The notes below the pieces were generated by a model. That model was not told where the DNA came from. It ran no database searches and saw nothing but the letters and a program-made list of their open reading frames with translations. Positions 29,901-39,136 of a DNA stretch of 64,000 nucleotides are shown here, in pieces. The position numbers and the translations under genes are program-made. Each line of letters starts with the position of its first letter. Positions within the stretch are counted from its first letter, which is position 1. Source of the stretch: a virus (taxonomy: Duplodnaviria; Caudoviricetes). The stretch is taken from positions 1-64,000 of IMG/VR virus record IMGVR_UViG_3300029314_000064; one strand, given 5' to 3'.

Positions 29901-32900
29901 TTACCTATATTTTCTATCTTATTTAAGAATCTTTCAGCAGCTTGACCTGATGCTTGCAGGAAGAAATTCTTAGTTGAAACACCTGCTTCTTTTACGCTCT
30001 TAATATATTCAGAAATAATTTTTTGGCCTGTTTCTAAAACGGCAACAAAATTATTTCCACCAACACTACCTGGAGTCGCTGTTTTTGCTTTTGCTTCTAC
30101 TTCTGCAATTTTTTCTTCTGTTTTTCCTGTTTCAGGATTCTTAAATGGAATTTTTGTTTTTTCAGCATTAGCTATTATTTTTTGAAAATTTTCTGTATTT
30201 GTAATAGTTGCTTTTGTATTCAATTCTAAAGAAAGATTATTTGCTTCAAGTGTTGCTGTTAATTGATTCAATGCTTCTTCTGTTTTAGATATTTTTGATA
30301 ATGATGTTTCTTTCCTTGTCTTATCTAGTAATGCAGGCGTGAATTGATCATCTACTGGACCACCACGCTGATAGCCAACAATACCGCCAGTCTTAAAACC
30401 TTGAGATTTTCTTAAATCTTCAAAAAACTGAATACCATACTTATCAACAATCTTTTTAGGAATAACGAATTCTCCAGGCTCAAGCATGGCTGGAACAATA
30501 TCGCCGCTCCCTGATCCAGGTACAAATCCGCCAGTAGCAAATCCACCTTTAGAATAGTTCTCATCTACTGCACCTGCTATAATTTTTAAAAGATTTCTTG
30601 ATTCAAAACTTAAATCATATAATTTTCTAAATCCATTATTTAAAGAATCAAGTGTCGGTCTTTGAATTTGTTCGGATGTGCTATTGACGATATTATATAA
30701 GAATTCTAAATTTCTAACTGTATCTGAGCCTGTGCCGGTAACTTCAGTAGAAATATTTTCAAGTAATTTATTTGATGCTGCTGTTGCTCCAATTAAAATA
30801 GATAACTGACCAACCATTACCTTGTCTTCTGTGCTTGTCGCAAATCCTGCTGTGAATCCACCAGCAGTAACAGACCCACCTTCAGCATATTTCCTTATAG
30901 CTCCACCGAGCGCGAAACGCTGCGCCGGTTGTCCTCCCTCGATCATCTTATTGAAATAATCAACCCCAAGTTTCTGAACGATTGCTTTTGGAATAACAAA
31001 TTCTCCAGGCTCTAATAATGCAGGTACAATGTCTCCGGATCCTGAACCTGGAATAAAACCGCCAGACGCTCTACGCTCTACTTCTAGTGGTGCTCTTTGT
31101 TGATCAAATAAATTTTGAATTCTTTCATTTGTTGATCTAGAACCAGCAGCATTTAATCTATCAATTGCAGCAGCGGCTTGATTAATAACTGCTTCCAATG
31201 CTTTAAATTCATCAGCAGCTAAAGCAGTACCATCAATCAATCCTTGAAGAGGATTGGCTTTTTTCTGTGTATTAATCTCTTCAATTCTCGCTTGCAATGC
31301 CTGAATTACTGCTAGATTCCCCGCAGTTCTTCCTGCATCAATGCCGCCGGTCTGCTCATTAATAATTGTAAAACTTGAAACCAATTGATCTATAATACTT
31401 GTGGCACGATCAAAACCCTCTTGACCACCTCTATCAAGAGCTCTGGCAAATTCTTTTTCTAGAATTGTAAATTTTGTTTGATTTAAATCATTCTGCTGCT
31501 TTCTTAATTCTCTTATTTCTTTATTTGCACCTTCAAACACACCAGCAAGATCTCTTATTGATTTAGGATATTCTTTTAGTTCAACATTGCCGCGACGCAA
31601 TTCTTCTATAAATCTATCAACCTTAGCATTGACATCTCCAGCATAAAAAGCAATCTCTTCATAACCGCCACCAATAGATCTAACAAACGCCTGGGTTGTT
31701 GAGAAATCATTGCTTTGAAAGAAATTCTCTAACAACTTTCTTAATGGAGCTTCCGCCCTAGATGACAATTCGTTTGTCAAATCCTGTTGTGCCTTATTAA
31801 TCTTTAATCTTATATCTAATAATTTTTCTGCATTTGATACTTCTTTTTTCTGTAATTCTGTAATTTCTTTATATGCATTTTGAATATTAAGGAATTCTTT
31901 AACCTGGCTTATTCTTTTATTCAAAATATCTTTTTCTGCATCTCCACCAAGTTTTGTTGCATTCTCAATATCTCTCTGCAGAAATAGAATATTTTTGTAA
32001 CTGTTCTTTACTTTAGATAATACTTTTTGTGTTTCTGAATGCTCTGAATTTACTTCAAGTAATTCGTTCTGTAACTCAAAAGCAGCACCCTGAATCTGTT
32101 GATAAGCGATTAGTTCATTTCTACTAATTTCATTTAATTCTTTTCTTATCTTAAGCTCTTCAGCTAAAAGAATATCTCTATTTATATCATCTGCTCTTCT
32201 TTGTTCTATAATATTTAATTCTTCAAGCAATAATAATCTTCTTTGATTTTCTTGATCAATAGTAGATGCACCAATTCTTTGCTGTACTCTTAATTCTAAA
32301 GTCGCCTTGGTTAAATTATTCTTTATATCAAATAAATCTTTCTTTAACTTTTCTGTTGAATCTCTTACCTTCTTACGAGCAACAATTTCTGTTTGAAGAT
32401 TTTCAAATATTCTTTTCTGTAACTCTGGAGTCAAACCAAGGTCTTTAATTAATTGTTCAACACTTTTATTCTCTTCTTGAACAAGCCTTAATTGCTCTTT
32501 AGAAATTCTAACTTCAAATTTATCCTGCTTGATAATATCTCTTCTTATTGTTGAAGCTTCAGTTAGTGCAGCATTATACAGCTTCACTCTTTCTGTATTG
32601 ATTAAATCTTGTTCTCCTTGTAGAACTGCCGCCTTTAATTGAACATCTCTTTGGCGCGAAGGTATGGCTTCTAATGCAGCGATAACAGTAAGAGCCTTGG
32701 TGCGTCCTGCTTCAGTTAATGCGATTGCTTTTGCATATTGTTCTTCAATAACAATTTTAGATTTTCCAGCTTTAATATTTTCTTGTTTTACCTTTTCTAT
32801 ACCTTTGATTTGATTATTGGCAACTTGTTCAACATATGCAGAAATTGCATCTATCTGTTGTTTGTTTGAATCAGAATCAATTGCCTCATTCAATGCAGAT

Positions 32901-35900
32901 TTAAGACCATCTAGCTTAAATGATCTAAGCCCTGCTTCATTAAATCTTTCTGCAAATTCCTGAGCAAGTCCTTTAAAATTTAGTTCATTAATAAATTTCT
33001 GACCAATTTGTTGTTTCTTTACAATTTCAGGAAGATCTTTAATTTTCTGAGTTAATTCTTCTATTTCTTCAATAGGAACAAATGTTTCATTCTTAAATAA
33101 CAAAGCATTCCTGAAGCCTTCAAGACCTCTGGTTGCGTTTGTTAAGTTATTCTTTAATTGATCAATATCAAATGATAATTTTTTAACATTAAATCCTGAA
33201 ATTTTATCTTCTAGATCTTCAACTATATCTTTTATTTTATTTGCTTCTGTGCCTAATCCTGTAAACTCAGAAGGATCAATTAATCTCTTAAGTCTAGTAG
33301 CAATACCTCTCGCTTGTTCTGATGCGATCTTATCTGTAGTCGTTACAGAATAAGCAACTATATCATTGATTAATTTAACAACTTCATCAAAAGACTTTTT
33401 TCTTTGTTCTGTGACTGCATTTAATTCTTCTTTAAGAGAATCTGCAGAAACATTTGAGATATCTGGAAATTTTATCTGTAATTCAAGTTTTTGTTGTATA
33501 TTATTAATTTCAGAATTTAATTTTCTATAAGTTCCTATTAATTCTTCTGCTTCTAGTGCTTGAGCTTTAAATTTTTCTGTTTGTTGACCTATAAGCTGCT
33601 TTCTTTGTATTTCATTTAATCTTTCTTGAGCATCAGACAATTCTTTAATTTTTTCTGCTGCAACGGAAGCATTTTCTCCAAACCTAAAAATAATTTCTGC
33701 AACTTCAGGACCTAATTGAGAAAAAGCATTTAACTTATTCTTGTATTCTTCTAAAGTAATATTTCCATTTTCATACTCTTTGCTTAATTTTACAATATCA
33801 ACAGATAAGGTCTTATATGATTCGCTTAACTTTTGTGATTGACGAATAACTTCACTTTGCTTTTCTATTTGCTTTTCAATTTCTCTTATCGTTATCTTAT
33901 TATTTCCTGCAAAAAGACCAAAAGCCAAAGAAGCAGCAGTGATGGCTGCTCCAACTAAACCTATAATCGGTAGTGCCTTTCCGAGTACTCCTGAAACAGC
34001 GGTAAAGGCTGTAGACGCAAGTTGAGCACCCTTGGCTAGGCTACCAGTGCCAGTAGCAACAGAAAGGATTGAAGCGCCAATCTGGCGACCACCAATAAAT
34101 TCTAATGCTCCACCTAAAGATTTAATAGCTAATGTCGCAGTTAGTGCTCTTGCTCCAAAAATTGCTAAATCATTATTCGCAAGAAGTGAAATTTTCTCTG
34201 CAACACTATTAATGGTCTTAATTAAAGAAATAAATACTTCTATAAGTGGTTTTAAAATTTCTCTTGATAATCTTGAAACATTCTCAGTGAAAATTGCAAA
34301 TTGTCTTTCTGGAGAGTCAAGTTTAAGAGATGCTGCCAACCCTGCTGACCCGGCAGCATTCTGATTTAAGTCTTCAATTTTCTTATTTAATTTATCTGTG
34401 TTCTGAGCTAACAAAAGGAACACGTCGGCACCACGTAATCCGAATCTCTCGAATACGGTGCCTAATTGTTCAACAGTTAATTCCTGGCCTTTAATCTGTT
34501 CACCATATTGCTGAATAATAGTCAACAAATCAAGAGGCTTACTTAGGTCAATTTCAATATCAAGTGCCTTTGCAATAAGCGGAGCATCCTTTGATAATTG
34601 CTGCAATACCGCTCTCACTGCGCGACCCGCGTTACCACCGCGCAAACCTTGATCTGCCAATTGACCTAAAATCGCAGTTAACTCTTCAAGAGATAAACCA
34701 GCTTCCTTAGAAGCAGGAAGAGAGAACTTTAATGCTTGTACCAATTGATCTAATTCGAGAGAAGACTCAAGAGTCGCTCTAGAAAATACATCGTTGATGC
34801 GAGTAAAGTTTGCAATTTGATTTCCTGTACCTGTAACAGAATCTCCAAGAATATTATAGGTAGATGCAACAAGCCGTGTTGTTTCAACCACGCTTGAGTT
34901 CGTTCCTATAATGTTATTCATTGTTGAATCTAATGCAGCAATAGATTGCTCAGTCGAAAGACCGGCAGATCCTAATTCTTTCAGTACTGTTCCAATTTCT
35001 GCAACAGCAGATCCGGTTCTTCTTGCAGCATCATCCATTGTATCAGCAAGTAATTCTGCTGTTTGTGCTGTAGATAAGAAATTAGAACGAGAAACAGTAA
35101 GAATGGTTTGTACTTGATTCAATGTTTGAAATGCAACCTGAAAACCAGAACGTATTGTTGTTCCGACAGCAGCTAAAATTCCAGCGCCGGTTAAGAATTC
35201 AACTTGTCTCTTAAGGACACCACCAAGTGTTTGAAATTGTTCATTATAAGAATCTCTGAGCTTACGCTCTTGATTCTGTAAAGCTACAGATGCCTTCTCT
35301 GCTTTGCCTAAAGTATCAGAATACTTCTGAGTCTGAGCCCCGGCTGCATTTAATGCTGGAAGCAAAGACTTAGCAAGTTTTTGTGAAGCGGCATCTTGTT
35401 GTGAATTTAAGAGCTTATATTCTTCCTGTAATCTACCGAGTACTCCACCTAGATTATCATAGGCGCCCTTAAAATCTTTAATGTCTTTTGATGTTTGCTT
35501 GCTTGTACCTGCATCAACATTCTTATTTTTTAAATTGTTAAACTTCTCAATAGAAACACTTGTTCTATCAAGAGTAGAAGTGAGTTTATTGTATTGCTGA
35601 ACCAGTGCTCCAATTTCACTTTCTTTGGATTTAAAGACAGGTGTTTTCACTCCAGCAGTTGCTGAAGCTACATTGGAAGATAGGCTCTGCAGTAATTGAA
35701 ATACTTGATTAAGTCCTTTAATACTTGAAATAGATTGTTGAACTTTTGTAGACAATCTACCTATTGCGTTTTCAAAATCTCGCATAGGAGCAATATTCTT
35801 AACTGTAGTATCTGCTAATTTTTCAAATACTTTTGCTAGTTGATCAGCATCTACTTTTATTTGTCCAATGCTAAATTTAGAAAGAACTGTTGATAATTTA

Positions 35901-36211
35901 TTAATCGTATCCTGTAATTGAATTGCTTTAGATGAATCAATACTGTTGATGGCCTTAAGAGAATTAGAAAATTTAGCAATATTGTTCGAAACAGCAGGCA
36001 GGGATTTATTCAGAGAAACAATAGCGTTCTTCAATTCAACGACATCCTTAATGCCGTCTACCCTGACTGTAAACTTAATATTCATATACTTATCTAGGCT
36101 TTCTACAACTTTTCTAAAATTTTCTAAATCTTTTGTGATTTGAGGAATTTCATACTTTGAATTATTTTTAATGAAAGAAAATATAAGTTTAAGTTCTTTT
36201 TCGATAGCCAT
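26930..36211 (-). CDS. Tail tape measure protein (3093 aa)
   Basis: TP901-type core (LGSAGLS..., LADQGLRGGNAGRAVR), long helical Ala/Leu/Gln-rich body, hydrophobic repeats, C-terminal FAKGG...D.V.A...GEYII motif; follows the chaperones. Confidence 0.95.
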   Translation of the reverse strand: MAIEKELKLIFSFIKNNSKYEIPQITKDLENFRKVVESLDKYMNIKFTVRVDGIKDVVELKNAIVSLNKSLPAVSNNIAKFSNSLKAINSIDSSKAIQLQDTINKLSTVLSKFSIGQIKVDADQLAKVFEKLADTTVKNIAPMRDFENAIGRLSTKVQQSISSIKGLNQVFQLLQSLSSNVASATAGVKTPVFKSKESEIGALVQQYNKLTSTLDRTSVSIEKFNNLKNKNVDAGTSKQTSKDIKDFKGAYDNLGGVLGRLQEEYKLLNSQQDAASQKLAKSLLPALNAAGAQTQKYSDTLGKAEKASVALQNQERKLRDSYNEQFQTLGGVLKRQVEFLTGAGILAAVGTTIRSGFQVAFQTLNQVQTILTVSRSNFLSTAQTAELLADTMDDAARRTGSAVAEIGTVLKELGSAGLSTEQSIAALDSTMNNIIGTNSSVVETTRLVASTYNILGDSVTGTGNQIANFTRINDVFSRATLESSLELDQLVQALKFSLPASKEAGLSLEELTAILGQLADQGLRGGNAGRAVRAVLQQLSKDAPLIAKALDIEIDLSKPLDLLTIIQQYGEQIKGQELTVEQLGTVFERFGLRGADVFLLLAQNTDKLNKKIEDLNQNAAGSAGLAASLKLDSPERQFAIFTENVSRLSREILKPLIEVFISLIKTINSVAEKISLLANNDLAIFGARALTATLAIKSLGGALEFIGGRQIGASILSVATGTGSLAKGAQLASTAFTAVSGVLGKALPIIGLVGAAITAASLAFGLFAGNNKITIREIEKQIEKQSEVIRQSQKLSESYKTLSVDIVKLSKEYENGNITLEEYKNKLNAFSQLGPEVAEIIFRFGENASVAAEKIKELSDAQERLNEIQRKQLIGQQTEKFKAQALEAEELIGTYRKLNSEINNIQQKLELQIKFPDISNVSADSLKEELNAVTEQRKKSFDEVVKLINDIVAYSVTTTDKIASEQARGIATRLKRLIDPSEFTGLGTEANKIKDIVEDLEDKISGFNVKKLSFDIDQLKNNLTNATRGLEGFRNALLFKNETFVPIEEIEELTQKIKDLPEIVKKQQIGQKFINELNFKGLAQEFAERFNEAGLRSFKLDGLKSALNEAIDSDSNKQQIDAISAYVEQVANNQIKGIEKVKQENIKAGKSKIVIEEQYAKAIALTEAGRTKALTVIAALEAIPSRQRDVQLKAAVLQGEQDLINTERVKLYNAALTEASTIRRDIIKQDKFEVRISKEQLRLVQEENKSVEQLIKDLGLTPELQKRIFENLQTEIVARKKVRDSTEKLKKDLFDIKNNLTKATLELRVQQRIGASTIDQENQRRLLLLEELNIIEQRRADDINRDILLAEELKIRKELNEISRNELIAYQQIQGAAFELQNELLEVNSEHSETQKVLSKVKNSYKNILFLQRDIENATKLGGDAEKDILNKRISQVKEFLNIQNAYKEITELQKKEVSNAEKLLDIRLKINKAQQDLTNELSSRAEAPLRKLLENFFQSNDFSTTQAFVRSIGGGYEEIAFYAGDVNAKVDRFIEELRRGNVELKEYPKSIRDLAGVFEGANKEIRELRKQQNDLNQTKFTILEKEFARALDRGGQEGFDRATSIIDQLVSSFTIINEQTGGIDAGRTAGNLAVIQALQARIEEINTQKKANPLQGLIDGTALAADEFKALEAVINQAAAAIDRLNAAGSRSTNERIQNLFDQQRAPLEVERRASGGFIPGSGSGDIVPALLEPGEFVIPKAIVQKLGVDYFNKMIEGGQPAQRFALGGAIRKYAEGGSVTAGGFTAGFATSTEDKVMVGQLSILIGATAASNKLLENISTEVTGTGSDTVRNLEFLYNIVNSTSEQIQRPTLDSLNNGFRKLYDLSFESRNLLKIIAGAVDENYSKGGFATGGFVPGSGSGDIVPAMLEPGEFVIPKKIVDKYGIQFFEDLRKSQGFKTGGIVGYQRGGPVDDQFTPALLDKTRKETSLSKISKTEEALNQLTATLEANNLSLELNTKATITNTENFQKIIANAEKTKIPFKNPETGKTEEKIAEVEAKAKTATPGSVGGNNFVAVLETGQKIISEYIKSVKEAGVSTKNFFLQASGQAAERFLNKIENIGKSFEKLFKESIPGLLTFFLEDVVGANAEILENYAETRRNIAKTYNNQRADLIEQLKRNEISYFDFFDKLEDLQKQNKDDEIDAEKEKNLAIQEQLSRNLTAVAGITGEVIANLAETVADVLTGIPAFLNPVIDNLSKAIGGLGAGLGETIGGLAGAAGAIGGFALGAAAQFFSAVIQGFAGLIPVITKILTAPQAEFESFLDSLSKVPEEIDKQIGDMSGRIGRIVDVLVGGDVLKKVGESFGAAISAVFPQIATGFVQIIPEALRAVVPIISSVFDALPALMLSVFLSGGGLISAFVNLVQAAGAEFFDFFKDNLPNLIDVFILGLKSIFDPSNFNAFADTFTLVSEKLSGTLAAAGPQFVSGLVQAAPQLITSLASSIPGIIDSAIGSISSLTTGEDNPFLKIIDGFIRDIIEQAPKFIKKIPELLKGVFSTLLGGAGFLTEINDLIGAVVETIITNLPDVAGTLFEAFLEILPQIVEQATGFIGSLFAKGFGDEFIGLFQELGKSFSSIFDTFGDIFRSLFSVFKDGGLQKAIKTVFSLFSQLGKIFIQLLAPALSTAVSLLNQVFEEFAKIFEEVISDLISDGTLAELGELLFSLSTVLLQVLEPLTPLVKELMPVLVPLLTALVIIGLLPLITVLGTLILILYTVKLAIEAVNFVAEKLAAVAAFLAPYFEEIRTKIEPLVLILLGLTTSFGNFIIIMYAVAQAIKFFQDNQETISAGFDLFRESIDRFVTGFETLVERFSTAKDTMIQKLADFINGIIDLIPGARETIGNLNIPGFAKGGLVKGPSGRDAVTANVTAGEYIISKEAADKLGVSVLDFMNNPRNVDNIKNNSRLSKDSMVNDFLDVYNGVERGRVTPPSPSPGSGSDLNSLNQNTREFYLDNFYDERSGPSTGAGANNTVALESAFVSAINTSGLTGYDVSGGSSSGGLGSGGSQKVEVIVNFNNCNFSSEDAAQKVQDTIVEQFSNDQGELARILRENFEKGKK

Positions 36212-36220
36212 GATACTCCT

Positions 36221-37164
36221 TTATTTTCCTACTCTTGGCTTTCTCTGATTTGTTTTATTTTGATTATTTTTTCTATTTTGTTCTTTATGTTTTTCTGCTT
36301 CTATTTTGTTTTTCTCAGAAAGAATAATCTTTCTACCCATAAAGAAAACATTTGATTGCTCTAAAAGTCCACCATCGACAGGAAGCTGGCCTGTATCTTC
36401 TGACCAATTCACCATATCGAGAAGAAAATTAGCAAACCTATCTTCTTTTGTGGATATTTCCTCATTTATAAACGGAACAGGGCACTCAGTAAATTCAAAA
36501 TCTCCGTGCCGAATAACAAACTTCGGTTTAGGAGCTTCTTGAATAGACTGACTGCTACTCGCAGCATCATTTTTTTGAGGAACGTTGAATGCGTATTTAT
36601 TTCTAGCTGAGGCAGGATTATACTGCGGGGTTTCTTCTTTGGTTAACGTATCTTGGAACGTGTAACCAATGGGGCAGTTCCTGCTGACGTAAAGTTGCTT
36701 CTGAACGCAAACCTGACAATCCCACTTTTCTCTCTCAGGTTCCTCTACGTCAGACAGGAACTGCCTAAACCTTACAACACCCCGCAGTTTAATTATTCCC
36801 CCTCAGTCACCTCAGACTCACCACGGACATGACTGGCAATTTCACTTCTTGCCTCTGGAGGAATCATGTCAATCATGTCGTCAATCTTGCCTAAATCAAA
36901 ATTAACGGGGCTGCCGTTGTCATCCAGGAAGTTAGACCATCCAACCAACCCGTACTTGAGGGTCTGAAGGTCTGCGGTTCCCGTCTGAATGCGCTCCTTG
37001 CGCGCCTTGCCTAGGCCACTCACGTTATAAAGCGTATCGCGAATCTCGGCCTGCTGAGAGGCTGTGAGAAAACGCACCTTAAATGAGGTCTGCTTCTCTG
37101 GTGGAAGCTTCTTCTCGGCCTTGGTCACAAATTCATGCGGGGTCTTAGAATTAATGGCTTTCAT
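36221..37164 (-). CDS. Tail assembly chaperone, -1 frameshift fusion product (gpGT-like)
   Basis: The -1 frame is open from the slippery site at 36802 to the stop at 36221 (hand translation: GIIKLRGVV...WDCQVC...RNCP...TECP...MVNWSEDTGQLPVDGGLLEQ...). Confidence 0.82.
36793..37164 (-). CDS. Tail assembly chaperone (gpG-like)
   Basis: Between tail tube and tape measure; AAAGGA SD before ATG 37164; GLVGWSNF motif. The track ORF extends in-frame to 37455. Confidence 0.82.
   Translation of the reverse strand: MKAINSKTPHEFVTKAEKKLPPEKQTSFKVRFLTASQQAEIRDTLYNVSGLGKARKERIQTGTADLQTLKYGLVGWSNFLDDNGSPVNFDLGKIDDMIDMIPPEARSEIASHVRGESEVTEGE
36796..36802 (-). other. Programmed -1 ribosomal frameshift slippery site GGGGGAA
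   Basis: GAG GGG GAA TAA at the end of the chaperone gene; the -1 frame continues for ~190 codons. Confidence 0.8.
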
Positions 37165-37463
37165 GATATTATCCTTTGTTTGTTTTTCTTCTGGATGGAT
37201 CATCCAATCCAGGAAGCTTTTTGGGAGGTTCTCTGTAACTTCTTTAATGCATATCTTATCTATCTTCAAGATAAACAATATAAATCTATGCGGAACTAAA
37301 TTCCCTGTTTTATCAAAACTAAAATTTCTATAATAGAATGCCTGAATACTAAAGCTAACAATCAATAATATTAAACACAAAATAATCATTGGTGCTTGTA
37401 TGATATACCAAATACACATCATTGAATTGAGGTAAATTTTCTGCAATAAGTCCATTAATTCAC

Positions 37464-37492
37464 ATTATACACGAAAGCCCCACCTCTGACAA
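37464..37492 (-). promoter_or_regulatory. Sigma70-type promoter TTGTCA-N17-TATAAT
   Basis: -35 at 37487-92, -10 at 37464-69, 8 nt before ATG 37455. Confidence 0.65.
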
Positions 37493-37510
37493 TTCATCAG
37501 GGGTGGGGCT
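37476..37510. terminator. GC-rich hairpin after the tail tube gene (terminator-like)
   Basis: AGCCCCACCTCTGA / TCAGGGGTGGGGCT 14-bp stem with one mismatch and a 7-nt loop; short T-tracts on both strands. Confidence 0.7.
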
Positions 37511-37534
37511 CCGTTTTTACATGATTAGATTAAA

Positions 37535-39079
37535 TCAAACTCCGTATGGATCACGCTCAACAGAGTTCACAATAATCATAATCAATTCAGGCTCATCATC
37601 ATCAACATCGTAGATGGCCTGGAAAGGCATATCAAGAGTAATAACTTCAGGGCCACCAACAACAGGAGTGGTTCCTGTGTACTTCACTCTTGGGAAAATC
37701 ATATGCTTCTGACGGTATACGCCAGTTGAACCAATCTGGCCTAGCACACCGTCATCAACAGTACGAATTTCCAATTCAACGCCTTCAGAGTTCACAAACT
37801 TACGATAAAGAACCAGATCATCAAATTCAACACTCATCGTGCCAGTTACTTCACGTCTTTGCTCTGGCAACTGAGCTCTAAACTTATCACCAAGCTGGAA
37901 CTTATCAGTGAACAAGTTGTTGTTCAAAGTATAAGAAGCAGAAAGAACCTCAATGAATACGTTATTGAGATACATACCTGCTTGGAATGAAGTCAGAGAT
38001 TCAGTAGTAGGAGGAGTGAGAGTGCTTTCTGCGGCAGTGCTTTGTGGCGCAACAGGAACGTTTGCAGCGTGAGCTCTAGTGATAGAACCTGTGCTTGAAG
38101 TAGGAATACCAAACAACACAGCACTTCCGTTAGCATTAATAGTGATACCAGTATAAGTAATATCATTTTCACCTTCAATTTGCAGATAGTATGTAAGGCT
38201 TCCAAGCATTGCGCCCGCTGAAGTTCTTTGACGGAAACCAACAATACCTGTACCATCTTGAAGAATGAAAGTTGAAGTTCTAAGAGTCACTGTAGAGTCA
38301 CCGGCGGCAATTGCTGCTTGAGAATCTGCGCCGGAAGCTTCTGCACGACCAATCACACTGAATGTACCACCAAGAATTTCGCCTGCATTAAAATTCTCAG
38401 TCAGCTGATTGATTTTGCATCCAGTGTATGTAAAGAATACAACGTCACGACCAACTTCAAAAGTCAAACCAGTTGGTAATGTACGACCAGCTTCAAAGTA
38501 GTGAGTATAGACACTGGTATAGGTTGTAGAGTCAGTAAGGAATACTCTATCTCCTTCAATAGCAGCGGTGCCAAAACTGGTCACGCCAGTCAATGCAGTG
38601 CCGTCTGTCTTGCCAGTCCAACGGAACACATCAGAAACAAGGTTGTTACCGGAATCACGGGTAACAAGAGTTCCATAACCAGCGGTTGGCCATGAAGGGC
38701 TGACGTTATTAGCTCTTAACGTCAGTGAGGTAGAGTTAGCAGTTGCATCTACGGCAATTTGTGCTCTGACACCGCCGTCAGTTGCTAGAAGAGTAATAAC
38801 ATTACCTAATGCATGCTTATAAAGAGTTCCGAAACCAGTGGAGTTTTGTTCAAAGTTGATATCGCCACCAACGTCTGAAGTTCCACGAACCAAACCCTTG
38901 ACTGCACGGTTCGGTTCAAGAACCTGAGACTGTAATGCTCCAATGGAGTTCGCAATAGATTCGCTAACGAAATCAATTCTCTTAGTAGGAGGAACAGCAA
39001 CACCGTAACATCTTTCTTCACCAAAAGAAACTTGTGCGCGCGAACCAGTGGCAATTCGCGTTGTGCATGTAGTCGTCAT
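37535..39079 (-). CDS. Major tail tube protein with two inserted surface domains
   Basis: SFGEE..YG, VGGDINFE, YTGCKINQL, YTLNNNL, REVTGTMSVEF tube motifs; highly-expressed-type codon bias; upstream of the chaperones. Confidence 0.88.
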   Translation of the reverse strand: MTTTCTTRIATGSRAQVSFGEERCYGVAVPPTKRIDFVSESIANSIGALQSQVLEPNRAVKGLVRGTSDVGGDINFEQNSTGFGTLYKHALGNVITLLATDGGVRAQIAVDATANSTSLTLRANNVSPSWPTAGYGTLVTRDSGNNLVSDVFRWTGKTDGTALTGVTSFGTAAIEGDRVFLTDSTTYTSVYTHYFEAGRTLPTGLTFEVGRDVVFFTYTGCKINQLTENFNAGEILGGTFSVIGRAEASGADSQAAIAAGDSTVTLRTSTFILQDGTGIVGFRQRTSAGAMLGSLTYYLQIEGENDITYTGITINANGSAVLFGIPTSSTGSITRAHAANVPVAPQSTAAESTLTPPTTESLTSFQAGMYLNNVFIEVLSASYTLNNNLFTDKFQLGDKFRAQLPEQRREVTGTMSVEFDDLVLYRKFVNSEGVELEIRTVDDGVLGQIGSTGVYRQKHMIFPRVKYTGTTPVVGGPEVITLDMPFQAIYDVDDDEPELIMIIVNSVERDPYGV

Positions 39080-39136
39080 TTTTAAAACCCCTAGGGTTAT
39101 AAATTTTCATTTGTTTTTTATGAAGTAGTGCTTTGA

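Noticed and set aside
36221-36415. Stand-alone 64-aa gene
   Set aside because: It is the tail end of the -1 frame opened at the slippery site 36796-36802.
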